64,000 nucleotides of DNA from an uncultured virus (IMG/VR IMGVR_UViG_3300028743_000004) (taxonomy: Duplodnaviria > Heunggongvirae > Uroviricota > Caudoviricetes): IMG/VR virus record IMGVR_UViG_3300028743_000004; one strand, 5' to 3'. The notes under the pieces were generated by a model. It did no database searches. It saw nothing but the letters and a program-made list of their open reading frames with translations, and had not been told where the DNA came from. Shown piece after piece: positions 46,866-55,996 of the stretch (within the stretch, counting starts at the first letter, position 1; each line of letters begins with the position of its first letter). The translations under genes were made by a program, and so were the position numbers.

Positions 46866-47176
46866 ATCTCATCTGCCTTGCGCTCAGACCAGCGCTTACC
46901 GAGCTGCCGAACTTGGTCAACGCCCAGGATTCCAACGAACCCAGCAGCGAAGAATGACCAGCCAATGCTGAACCCGAATTCCTTTACGGTCAGCCCTACC
47001 ACCATCACCATCAGCGCGCCGAGAGTTGCCTCGATCAGCTTGCGCACCGTACTGGTCTCCTTACCGTCGTATTGGACGCGCAGGTAGATCAGCAGGAAGG
47101 TGAGAGCCATTGCTAGGCCGTTATCCCGAAGTGCGGAGAGGACGAGCGCCCAGAAGGAAGGGTCTTTTTCGGGCAT
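46862..47176 (-). CDS. Lambda-family holin
   Basis: MPEKDPSFW...GFVGILGVDQVR; possible TTG-Lys-Ile-ATG dual start. Confidence 0.85.
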   Translation of the reverse strand: MPEKDPSFWALVLSALRDNGLAMALTFLLIYLRVQYDGKETSTVRKLIEATLGALMVMVVGLTVKEFGFSIGWSFFAAGFVGILGVDQVRQLGKRWSERKADEI

Positions 47177-47661
47177 GATTTTCAATCCGAAGTCCTCCCT
47201 TCTGGGAGTAGGAGAATAAAAAAGGCCGTCAGGTGGCGGCCAAACGCTGGGGAGCAGCGGCGAATAGATCAGCCCCGGCGGCACTCCCAGCTCAGAGCGA
47301 AGGGTGTGGCGGGGCCGAAAACGAAAAGGCCTCGATCAATGTCGAGGCCCTGAATAGGTGCGGATCGCAACCCTTTCAGATTGCTGTCGTGGCGCTTCCC
47401 TCCAGTCCCCACGCTGACTGTTACCCCTGCACGTTTCCGCCGGGCTCTGCATCCGCATAACTTGCGTGTCTTCCCACGCTGCCAGCCAAAGACCATCACG
47501 GCGTCGACACCCAAGTGCATCGATCTCGCTGCTCCTGTCTCGCGCCACCCTGAAAGCGTGTTAGGTCAGGGCGCGCGGGCTGCCGGTGTTTTTCCGTAGC
47601 GCTGCACTACCGGCTTATCAGCGTCCAGGCCTCCCGAGGGCTGCCCTGGCTGCAGTTAAAA

Positions 47662-47901
47662 TCAGAATGCTGGGGTGATGTCGAAGTAGTAGTCCTTACC
47701 TTCTTCGAAATGCTCGGCCCGATCGGCAGCAACGTTCACGGTGTACTCGCCGTATGGGGTGTACTTTCCGTAAATCGCGTCCTCTTCAGCCGGATTGGCC
47801 GACCACACTGCGCCGAAGTTCAGGCGGGTCAGCGATTCCGTCGAGCCCTGAACAGGCCCTTTGGAGCGGAGAGTCATTTTGCAGCGGGTGATATGCGTCA
47901 T
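47662..47901 (-). CDS. Hypothetical protein in the late leader
   Basis: 79 aa, GAGGA SD; GKYTPYG...GKDYYFDITPA. Confidence 0.7.
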   Translation of the reverse strand: MTHITRCKMTLRSKGPVQGSTESLTRLNFGAVWSANPAEEDAIYGKYTPYGEYTVNVAADRAEHFEEGKDYYFDITPAF

Positions 47902-48073
47902 CGGTAGATCCTCTGGTATCAAATGAGCAGGAGGGTCTTTCCGGTCTTTCGCCTGCATTTTTTGGCAATAAAAAACCCGGCGCGATGGCCGGGTTTTCTT
48001 GGATCAGTGAGTAAGTTGCCGGAGGCAAAACTGTAACGATGGGAAGAATGATGCCTCAGCCGCACATTTGTCG

Positions 48074-48667
48074 TCAAGCAGCTATTTTCATCTCTTTTAC
48101 CGCCAAAGAGACAGGCCCGAGAGCGACCTTATCCAGATCATTGCAGGCATTGAAACAAGCTTGGACGAATTCCTGCCATTCCCTGTCCCAGTTCCTCGAG
48201 TCCAGTTCGATACCAAGGATGTGTAGCAGCCAGCCGCGAAACGACTCGGGTGTTGGGCAAGGATCAATACCTTCACTCTGGCCGCCCTGGTGCATGCGGC
48301 GGTACCGGAATAGCACACCGACGGCGACGAGGCGTGCCTTCTCGAACTTCTTAGCGTACATCTGCGGCCCCATGGCATATGCCGCGCGGAACAGTGCCTC
48401 TTGCGCGTCATCCTTGTCGTCGGCGGTGGCGATCGGGCTGTACATGTGGTTGCCGAAAGCCTTCAGGTGGGCTGGAAGAGTGTCGATGGCGCACTGGATG
48501 CGGGCAGACAGTGATTGATGCATGGCGTGTTGGCTATTCACCGACTTCTCGGTTTTTTGCACTGAACACCCAAGCATCCCGAGCTGCTCGACATGGGCCC
48601 CCTGGGTGTCCCAGGGGGTATAGAAGCAGTCATGCCAGGCGAGGCGCGCGCTCTTCAGCTTCATCAT
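48074..48667 (-). CDS. Putative late antiterminator (Q-like), not homologous to A's
   Basis: Same slot as 1898-2461; SARLAWHDC N-terminus. Confidence 0.6.
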   Translation of the reverse strand: MMKLKSARLAWHDCFYTPWDTQGAHVEQLGMLGCSVQKTEKSVNSQHAMHQSLSARIQCAIDTLPAHLKAFGNHMYSPIATADDKDDAQEALFRAAYAMGPQMYAKKFEKARLVAVGVLFRYRRMHQGGQSEGIDPCPTPESFRGWLLHILGIELDSRNWDREWQEFVQACFNACNDLDKVALGPVSLAVKEMKIAA

Positions 48668-48670
48668 TCA

Positions 48671-48988
48671 TCAATCCCCTGTGAAGTTGGCGGCACCTGG
48701 GCCACGGCGGTTGTTCCCGCTGTATTGCGCTTCAGCACCCGCAGGCCTGAAGCAGTTGTGTTGTGCGATCTGTTGCTCGGCGGCCTGCAGACGAATGCTC
48801 AGCTGCGTCACCAGCACTTCCAGCGGCAGCGCCTCACCGGTTTCAGCGGTGACCCAGCCCGAGGCGTTGCACTGCATGCAGGGCAGCTCATGGAAGACGC
48901 CCTTGATCACCGCGCGACCACGGCATGCCGGGCACTTGGCCAGGTCGAGTTGAGCGGCGCGGAATGCTGGGCCATGGGACCTCGTCAT
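48671..48988 (-). CDS. Zn-finger nin-region protein
   Basis: Homolog of 2465-2782. Confidence 0.75.
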   Translation of the reverse strand: MTRSHGPAFRAAQLDLAKCPACRGRAVIKGVFHELPCMQCNASGWVTAETGEALPLEVLVTQLSIRLQAAEQQIAQHNCFRPAGAEAQYSGNNRRGPGAANFTGD

Positions 48989-49284
48989 CATCCGACCACC
49001 TTCAGGCCTTGAGCCCGAAGCGACTTCTCCGCCACTTCTCGAGCCCACAACGCATCCGGATCGCCCATAACGGCAGGAAAAGGGTTGCTGACGCGCAGAG
49101 TTCCGCGAGACGCCTGCCATGATTCCCAGCGAGCGCAATAACGGGTAGCACGATCGCCAGAGCAGCAAGACACACACTGCAGGATGTAATCACCCGCAGC
49201 TCCAACCTTCGGTTCCCAGCACATGCCGCTCGGTACCGGGAAGCGCTCCTCGAACTGGGCGCGGGTTTTGTCTGTTTTCATCAT
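48988..49284 (-). CDS. Hypothetical nin-region protein
   Basis: Homolog of 2782-3078. Confidence 0.7.
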   Translation of the reverse strand: MMKTDKTRAQFEERFPVPSGMCWEPKVGAAGDYILQCVSCCSGDRATRYCARWESWQASRGTLRVSNPFPAVMGDPDALWAREVAEKSLRAQGLKVVG

Positions 49285-49300
49285 TTTTAAACCTCGCCTT

Positions 49301-50581
49301 TTATGGTTTCTGGATTTGGCTAGAGGCCGCGCCACTCAAGGCCTCGGCGCCATTGTGCGAATTTCCGTTTCTAGTCATGGTCGAGCGGTGAATCAGGTTG
49401 AAGCCCTTCCCGTCTAACCATTCATGCCACTTGTTCAAAGCCTCACGCTTGAGCAGCTCCGCAGAGGTGTGGATGTAGGTCTGCACGTTGCGGGTCATCG
49501 TGTGGTTGACCAGCATCTCGCCAATGAGGAAGTCGACGCCCAGGTCTGTCCAGCCAGTGCGGGCAACCTTGCGTAAGTCATGGCTGGTCCACTCGCCCTT
49601 ACCCAGCCGGGTGAACACGGCGCAGGCCTGGCTGTCGCTGATCGGGCCACGGCTGCGAGCCGGGAACATGTAGGTGCCCTTGTAGCCCTTGGCCTCCTGC
49701 CAATCCCGGTACCGCTCAAGCAGAGCGCATACCTGATGGGTCAGCGGCAGGTGATGCTCGCAGCGGGTCTTGGTGTTCTCGGTGGGGATGAACCACTCAC
49801 CCTGCTCGCCCACGGTCAGGTGCGACCATTGGGCCTGCCTGGTCTCCCCGGAGCGTGTGCCGTGGCACAACATCATCATGGCCAGCATGCAGTCCTGAGG
49901 GTGTTGGTCGAAGCCGGCGGCCAATTGCCCGATCACTTCCTCGAGCTGGACGGCGCGCAGACGTGATGGCTTGGGTTGGATGCGGGCCTTGGTGAAGTCG
50001 GTGAACTTGAACCCGGCGATGGGGTTGGTGGTGATCAGCCGCAGTTTCTCGGCCTGGCGGAACGCGACCACCAGTACGCCCCACATCAGGCGGACGTAGG
50101 ACAGCGACATTTCGGCCTGCATCGGCCACATCACCAGCTTATCGAGTGTCGAGCGGTCCACATCTTCCACCGACAGATCGGCGAGCCGTGGCTTCAGGTG
50201 GCAGGAGATGATCGAGGTGTTGGTAGAGCGGCGCTTGGCCGACAGGCTGCGGTCAACGGACTGGCGGGCGGTGAACCAGTCCAGCAACTGGCCAGCGGTC
50301 TGCAACGTGCCGGCGGCGGCTGATGCCTTCGGGTCGGCTGCCAGGCGTTCGCGGATCTTCGGCAGCGCGCTGACTAACCCCTTCACCGGCAGCTCGGGAA
50401 AACCAGCGATCTTCTCCCACTTCTTGCCAACTACCAGGTGCCAAGTACCGCGCTCACGGTTTTGATGGAAGCGGAAATACACGCCTGGGTACCGAGCATC
50501 CCGCAGGTCACGGATATGGGTATTTCCGGCCTGCCGCCGGATCTCTGCATCGGTAAACGAAGTGAGCAGTGTCTGGGTCAT
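49301..50581 (-). CDS. Tyrosine recombinase in the replication/nin operon
   Basis: HGTRSGE, TKTR, HDLRK, VNH, QTY motifs. Confidence 0.88.
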   Translation of the reverse strand: MTQTLLTSFTDAEIRRQAGNTHIRDLRDARYPGVYFRFHQNRERGTWHLVVGKKWEKIAGFPELPVKGLVSALPKIRERLAADPKASAAAGTLQTAGQLLDWFTARQSVDRSLSAKRRSTNTSIISCHLKPRLADLSVEDVDRSTLDKLVMWPMQAEMSLSYVRLMWGVLVVAFRQAEKLRLITTNPIAGFKFTDFTKARIQPKPSRLRAVQLEEVIGQLAAGFDQHPQDCMLAMMMLCHGTRSGETRQAQWSHLTVGEQGEWFIPTENTKTRCEHHLPLTHQVCALLERYRDWQEAKGYKGTYMFPARSRGPISDSQACAVFTRLGKGEWTSHDLRKVARTGWTDLGVDFLIGEMLVNHTMTRNVQTYIHTSAELLKREALNKWHEWLDGKGFNLIHRSTMTRNGNSHNGAEALSGAASSQIQKP

Positions 50582-51009
50582 GCGGCGGCCTTGGTTTGAG
50601 GTTGAAGAAGGTAGGCCCTGATGGCCTCAATCGCGTCGACGTGCCCACGGCAAACGATGGCCAGGTAACCTTGATCGGTCAGCGCCTGTAGGTATGCGTC
50701 CTGGGCCGGGGAGACGGCGGCGTCATACGGCGCACGGGCCTTGAATTCGATGTACAGGCCGAAGTACCCGCCGCGGGCCATCGGCAGCACCAGGTCAGGC
50801 ACGCCGGCCTTGACGCCCTGCTCTTTCAGCTTGATCGCCACCAGCTTGTGCCGGTGACCGCCGTTCGGGACGTGGAAGATCAACTTGGCAGCGGCCGGGT
50901 AGCGCAGGCTGATCTCTTTCATCAGCGCGGCCTGCTCCAGGCCCTCCCGGTCAACTGCCTTGGCACGCACTCGCTTCGGGCTGAATGGCTTGACGGCGAA
51001 TGGCTTCAC
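50578..51009 (-). CDS. VRR-NUC domain nuclease
   Basis: HVPNGG, GVPDL, IEFK. Confidence 0.88.
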   Translation of the reverse strand: MKPFAVKPFSPKRVRAKAVDREGLEQAALMKEISLRYPAAAKLIFHVPNGGHRHKLVAIKLKEQGVKAGVPDLVLPMARGGYFGLYIEFKARAPYDAAVSPAQDAYLQALTDQGYLAIVCRGHVDAIEAIRAYLLQPQTKAAA

Positions 51010-51302
51010 AGTTTCACCTTCCCTTCACGGATCAGGATGTCCTGGGTACGCATAACGCCCTCAGCGAGAAACAAACGGATCTCGTATTTGGTCAACTGGC
51101 CAGGCGCGCGCAAACGGCCATCGGCGATGTCATGGCAGTAACCGCAGGCCCAGGCAGCCTGGAAGTCGTTGGGCTTCATGCCTATGCCACAGGTGCCGGC
51201 CAGTCGGTAGTGAGCTAGGACTGTGGTGGATGGTTCGCAGGAGCAGCCGGGAAACCGTACTTGGCACTCGCGATCGCGGGCGGCTTTGGTGAGCTTGCTC
51301 AT
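51006..51302 (-). CDS. DUF1364/YbcO-like protein
   Basis: Homolog of 4373-4669. Confidence 0.8.
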   Translation of the reverse strand: MSKLTKAARDRECQVRFPGCSCEPSTTVLAHYRLAGTCGIGMKPNDFQAAWACGYCHDIADGRLRAPGQLTKYEIRLFLAEGVMRTQDILIREGKVKL

Positions 51303-51982
51303 CTGGAACCACCTGCTAGCCGGGCGCGCAGTTCGGCCAAGGCCTTTTTCCCCACCTCTGGCGTTATCTTCGGTTCCAGAGCCAGCTCTGCCACTGGCAC
51401 CGGGGCCAACTGCTCGCCCTGCCAGATGCGTCGGCACTGGCTCAAGTACTGCTTCTCGAAGCTAGCCAGCCCAAGCTCGCGCGATAGAAGCGGCAGACTG
51501 TGAAAGCCCGCCGCTGCCGTGGCGTGGTACACAGCCGGGTGGTACCACTTCGAGCAGCTGCGCATGGCGGGGTGGCAGTTGCGGAGTGCCTGGGCGTAAG
51601 CAGATTCAACACTGGGCAGGCCCAAGCCTTCAGGCGCAAAACACCAACTGACGAACACGCCTGGGGCAGGAACGAAAGCCGACTTGCTCGCGCTCACAAC
51701 GCGCATTCCGTGATCGATCTGTTCCATCCGAGTGATGCCGGAACGCATAAACTCGCCCAACCACTCAAGCTTGGAGGCATTCATAACAGCCTCGGTCGGC
51801 CAGGACTGACGCCAGGCACCGCACGCACCGCGCAGCCGCAGGAAAAGATCGTCGATTACTGCCTGAGTTGAAGGATCGACAGCGACCACCGCCAGTGACT
51901 GGTCGGGCCCCTGATAGGTCGGATCAGATCGGCGGCGAGCAACCAGTTCACCCACGGCGACAGGCTTGTTTGATCGGTTCAC
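51299..51982 (-). CDS. Replication protein P-like
   Basis: Homolog of 4666-5349. Confidence 0.75.
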   Translation of the reverse strand: MNRSNKPVAVGELVARRRSDPTYQGPDQSLAVVAVDPSTQAVIDDLFLRLRGACGAWRQSWPTEAVMNASKLEWLGEFMRSGITRMEQIDHGMRVVSASKSAFVPAPGVFVSWCFAPEGLGLPSVESAYAQALRNCHPAMRSCSKWYHPAVYHATAAAGFHSLPLLSRELGLASFEKQYLSQCRRIWQGEQLAPVPVAELALEPKITPEVGKKALAELRARLAGGSR

Positions 51983-52755
51983 AGGCGCACCCCTTTCGAT
52001 GCCCAGTCATCACCGGCCGAGCCTTCCTCGCTGATCGCTGTTCCGGCTGCCTGGGCGCGCTCTCGTTTGATCCAGCCGACCAGTTTGAAACACCAGCCGG
52101 CGGCGGTATCGAGAACGGATGTTTTGGCTACGAAGAAACCCTTGAAGCCCGACAGCAGCTCAGGCGTCAGGGCATCAGCTGGCAGACCGGCGATTTTCAG
52201 CTGAGTCTGCAGCGCGCCTCCCGAGGGCTCGAAGTCAGAAAACATGGCGAAGCGCTGGCGATCATCCTGCAGCTCCAGAGCCTGACGATCTTGCTCAGCC
52301 ATCAAGTCGGCAATCTCGCGCTGCTGCTGCTCTTCGGTTAATTGATGGTTAAGTGATGTATTGGGTGCAGTGGCTGCACCCCGTTCTGTCGTAGGCTGCA
52401 CCCCGTTCTGTTCAAGGCTGCACCCCGTTGCATCAACACGGGGTGCAGATGCTGCACCCCGCTTTATCATCAGGTCATACACCACCGGTCGCCGGTCGTG
52501 GCGATCGATATACACGGCGGCCAGCGCCTGGTTACCACGAACTATCAGGCCGCATTCTTCCAGCAGATCAAGCTTGATACGGACGGTCCGCTCAGAGAGG
52601 CCAGTGTCATCGGTAAGTGTTTTTGCCGACGGGAATGCGCCAACACCGTTCGAGCTTGCATAGTTGGCCAGGCACAGCAGCACATGACGCGCGCTTGAGT
52701 CTTTGAGGGTTTGAACGGGCAGAGAGAGCGCCCAGGACATTGCTTGAACGCTCAC
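51979..52755 (-). CDS. Replication initiator (O-like), intact
   Basis: HTH plus iterons at 52363-52461; stop overlaps the P start. Confidence 0.82.
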   Translation of the reverse strand: MSVQAMSWALSLPVQTLKDSSARHVLLCLANYASSNGVGAFPSAKTLTDDTGLSERTVRIKLDLLEECGLIVRGNQALAAVYIDRHDRRPVVYDLMIKRGAASAPRVDATGCSLEQNGVQPTTERGAATAPNTSLNHQLTEEQQQREIADLMAEQDRQALELQDDRQRFAMFSDFEPSGGALQTQLKIAGLPADALTPELLSGFKGFFVAKTSVLDTAAGWCFKLVGWIKRERAQAAGTAISEEGSAGDDWASKGVRL

Positions 52756-53495
52756 AGCGAGTTTCCTTGGATTTGTTCGGCGAGAGTGGTGATGCCTTTG
52801 CGGGTGACCATGACCTGCTCGACCACCTTGAGGTCTTCCTCGGCGCCCTTGCCTACCTTGACCAGCTTGTGCTCGAGCAGGCCGGCAGTGAGGCGGGGTT
52901 GGTACGCGGACCAGGCCGAGAACGCGGCGCGGCGGTATATCCAGCGGTTATCGCTGAGCCACTTGAAGAGTTTCAGGGGGCCAATACCAAGCTGCTTGGC
53001 GGCAGAGGTAATGCAGATAGAGCCTTCGGTGGCTGATAGGCGCTCAAGGGCTTGAACCTTCGGGGCCTGCTGCTGGATGACCTGGTGCAGCGAGGCATTT
53101 TGCTTGGCTACATCGGCGGCGAGCTGCAGGGCATCGCCAAAGTTGGTGGGGATTTGAAGCTGACCGACAACCTTCGACTCCAGCTCCTGCCACCGGTCGA
53201 TCACGCGAGCGCGGTGCTCGTCGCTGTAGCCGGCGATCACAAGATGGGTATCGCGCTCCGTCAGGTCGTAGACTTCAATTGGCCGCCCGCCAGTCGACTC
53301 TCGGCGGCTTTTACGATCTGATCGTAAAAGCCCTTTACTGAAGAGCCGCTCGATTGTCGCGATGACATCGTTGTGGCGAGCCTCGACCAGATCTGCGATC
53401 TCGCGCGAAGACATTGTGTGGCGCGACACCTTTTCAGAATTGCCAAAAAGTGTCGCGACACTAGGGGTATTGCCAGAGGTAGCTGTCATGCTCAT
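52752..53495 (-). CDS. Rha/antirepressor protein
   Basis: MSSREIADLV; IPTNFGDALQLAAD; VTRKG. Confidence 0.85.
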   Translation of the reverse strand: MSMTATSGNTPSVATLFGNSEKVSRHTMSSREIADLVEARHNDVIATIERLFSKGLLRSDRKSRRESTGGRPIEVYDLTERDTHLVIAGYSDEHRARVIDRWQELESKVVGQLQIPTNFGDALQLAADVAKQNASLHQVIQQQAPKVQALERLSATEGSICITSAAKQLGIGPLKLFKWLSDNRWIYRRAAFSAWSAYQPRLTAGLLEHKLVKVGKGAEEDLKVVEQVMVTRKGITTLAEQIQGNSL

Positions 53496-53640
53496 AATGC
53501 CCCCACAAGTTTTATTGCTGTTGAAAGAGCCGGGTTGCAGCCCGGCTTTTTTATGCCTGCGATTTACAAGCACTACTAAGGTCTGAACCTCGCTGGTACG
53601 CTGCTGAGTTCTTACGCAAAGCAATTACCAGGAGATTCAG

Positions 53641-53961
53641 ATGGAACGGATGGGGATCAGCGCCGTTGGCATGCTGTGGTTCAGTAGCGCAGGCCAGTAC
53701 AAGGACTTCCTTGCTATTTTCGAAGACGCCGAAGTTATGCCGAGCACCTTTTCCAAGTGGCAGCAGCGCGCGATGCAGATGCACGACAACATCATCAATA
53801 CCGGTGGCGTCATCATCAAAGCGTATGCAAGCCCTGAAGAATTCAAGGCCTGGTGCGCCACGCACAATCATGGGCTCGATGCCAAGGGTCGCATGGCATT
53901 CGCAAGCTTCCAGGCAGCCCAAAAGATCAATCAGACTCACCCCGCTCGCAAAAACCAGTGA
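53641..53961 (+). CDS. Conserved hypothetical protein (convergent)
   Basis: Homolog of 6982-7275. Confidence 0.75.
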   Translation: MERMGISAVGMLWFSSAGQYKDFLAIFEDAEVMPSTFSKWQQRAMQMHDNIINTGGVIIKAYASPEEFKAWCATHNHGLDAKGRMAFASFQAAQKINQTHPARKNQ

Positions 53962-54065
53962 TCCTTCACGCTGCAGTTCAATTCGAGTCATTTGGGTCTG
54001 CCCTTCCGTTGTCGTAGTAATTGCCGGTCTAGCCACCGGCTTTTTTGAGCCTGAAATTCAGTGCT

Positions 54066-54263
54066 TCAATCTTTCCTGCGGAACGCTTGAATCGTTCCCC
54101 TCATCGGCTTCGGTCTTGTTCTTGTTGCGATAACTTGCTGAATGCCTTCTTTTATGAGCTGCGGAACAGTTATTTGCCTCTCTTCCGCCAGCCCCCTCAA
54201 AAACTCCAAATCATCGCCATCGACCAATTCGCCAACGGTCATTCCTTCTTGGTTGCTGCTCAT
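54066..54263 (-). CDS. Small hypothetical DNA-binding protein
   Basis: GGAGG SD; RHH-like pattern. Confidence 0.55.
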   Translation of the reverse strand: MSSNQEGMTVGELVDGDDLEFLRGLAEERQITVPQLIKEGIQQVIATRTRPKPMRGTIQAFRRKD

Positions 54264-54292
54264 AGGGCCTCCGGAGGGACTCAAGAGGGACT

Positions 54293-54490
54293 TCAGGCCA
54301 CACGGCTGTTTCGCTTAAGCTCTTCCCTCATCCCGTCGATCCATGATTCAAGAGCTTCACGGGCCAGCACTGCCTTTCTGGTTCGATGAACCTTGGCCAG
54401 GCTGACAAGCGCAGCTTCGTACTCGTCATCCAGACGGACCTTTGTCTCGTTTTCGTGCTTGTAGCTGGGTTGATCTGAGTCATATGCCAT
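54293..54490 (-). CDS. Ribbon-helix-helix protein (cII slot)
   Basis: TKVRLDDE...KAVLARE; after cro. Confidence 0.65.
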   Translation of the reverse strand: MAYDSDQPSYKHENETKVRLDDEYEAALVSLAKVHRTRKAVLAREALESWIDGMREELKRNSRVA

Positions 54491-54519
54491 TGGTTAGGCT
54501 CCTTGGTTGTTCGAAAGGG

Positions 54520-54768
54520 TTAAGCGGCAGAAAGTGATTGGCAGGAAGCAGACGTGATCTGCCCCCACGGAAACGATGGGCAAAGGTCGGTACGATTCAC
54601 GGCGCCCTGAGTCAGCGCTTCGATTTGAACGGCGCGCTTGGCGGGTACCGGACGCTCGCCGGAGCACCATTGGTTAACGGTGGGGGCGGTGACCTGCAGC
54701 AGGCGCGCCATTTCCACCTGGCTGCCCAGCAAGCGAGATGCTTTTTTGGCTGCTTCTGCTGATTTCAT
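54520..54768 (-). CDS. cro: Cro-like repressor
   Basis: GSQVEMARLLQVTAPTVNQW...DLCP. Confidence 0.88.
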   Translation of the reverse strand: MKSAEAAKKASRLLGSQVEMARLLQVTAPTVNQWCSGERPVPAKRAVQIEALTQGAVNRTDLCPSFPWGQITSASCQSLSAA

Positions 54769-54798
54769 GAGTTCTCTCCTGGAGATTTGAAGTGAATA

Positions 54799-54870
54799 TA
54801 AGGCATTACCTTATCACAGACAAGCCATTGCCTAACCAGCAGCGCAATAGGCTTAATTAGGCAATGCTTA
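54799..54870. promoter_or_regulatory. Prophage B oR operators
   Basis: TAAGGCATTACCTTA-like palindromes, repeated at 59638-59677 (oL). Confidence 0.72.
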
Positions 54871-55724
54871 CCGGACCAGAATTAGGCGCAGCCATCGAGG
54901 CCGCGCGGATCGCCAAGGGCGTATCGAAAAAGAACCTCGCAGACGACTTCTCCGTGAAGCCTCCGTCGATACAGGGGTGGGTGAAAAACGGCAGAATCGA
55001 TAAGTCGAAGCTAATGGACGTTATCTCCTACTTCTCCGACGTCGTCGGCCCTGAGCACTGGGGGCTGCGGCCTGGGTTCTCTTACGAGAACCTTGCGGAT
55101 AGCCCTGATGATGATCCTGGCGCTGACAGGAATAGCGCGCACAAGAAAGCATCAACGGCTTCGGACATAGTCCGGCAGATGCTCGCTATAAAAGGGAAAA
55201 GCCTCTCGGATAGCGCCCGCGCAAGTCTTCTTGCTGCTGCGGAGCAAAGCGATTCGGGCAACGTTATCACCGTCGACTTCTCGCGCCCCGGCCAGGTAGG
55301 CGATGAGGTGTGGATCGCGCACTACGATATCCGTGGCGCCATGGGTGGCGGCGAGGTGACTCACGACTACCCCGAAATGCTTCAGGATATCCGCGTGAGC
55401 CCGTCGCATCTTCGGTCAATGGGTGTCGAGTTCGTCGAGCACTACCACCTGAAGATGGTAACCGGATGGGGCCAGTCGATGGCTCCGACGATCAAGCACA
55501 GGGACCCTCTTCTGGTTGACATCAGCATTCGAGAATTCGTGGGCGACGGGATATACCTCTTTTCCTATCAGGGCTTCGAGTACATCAAGCGCTTGCAAAG
55601 GAAGGGCAAGGACAAATTCAAAATGGTGTCCGACAACACTAATCATCCGCCCGAGGATATCTGGGTCGATGAGGTCTTCATTCAGGCGCGCGTGCTGCTC
55701 GTCTGGAATGCCAATCTGGTGTAA
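54864..55724 (+). CDS. cI: CI-like repressor (HTH + S24 peptidase)
   Basis: HTH; GQSMAPTI and YIKRL motifs. Confidence 0.9.
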   Translation: MLTGPELGAAIEAARIAKGVSKKNLADDFSVKPPSIQGWVKNGRIDKSKLMDVISYFSDVVGPEHWGLRPGFSYENLADSPDDDPGADRNSAHKKASTASDIVRQMLAIKGKSLSDSARASLLAAAEQSDSGNVITVDFSRPGQVGDEVWIAHYDIRGAMGGGEVTHDYPEMLQDIRVSPSHLRSMGVEFVEHYHLKMVTGWGQSMAPTIKHRDPLLVDISIREFVGDGIYLFSYQGFEYIKRLQRKGKDKFKMVSDNTNHPPEDIWVDEVFIQARVLLVWNANLV

Positions 55725-55728
55725 TGCC

Positions 55729-55956
55729 ATGCCCCTCACCAAGCCCAACCAGCAGCTACGCCGCGACCTCAAGGCCATCGCCTTCAACCTTGAGCAGTCC
55801 TGTATCGACCTGGGAAAGCTGGCGGAAAAACTCAGCGATGCCGATGCCATAGCCCTAATGGGGTTGGTGGGCACGCTCTATGAGGAAGCCGACAGGTTGG
55901 TGGGTTATGCCGAGGAAGTGAAGAATGGCGCGATAACTAGGCTCGGTGCCGAATGA
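55729..55956 (+). CDS. Hypothetical protein co-transcribed with cI
   Basis: MPLTKPNQQLRRDLK, 75 aa. Confidence 0.7.
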   Translation: MPLTKPNQQLRRDLKAIAFNLEQSCIDLGKLAEKLSDADAIALMGLVGTLYEEADRLVGYAEEVKNGAITRLGAE

Positions 55957-55996
55957 TTTAGCTTCGGTAGATAAAAATCTTATCTACCTTATATTT

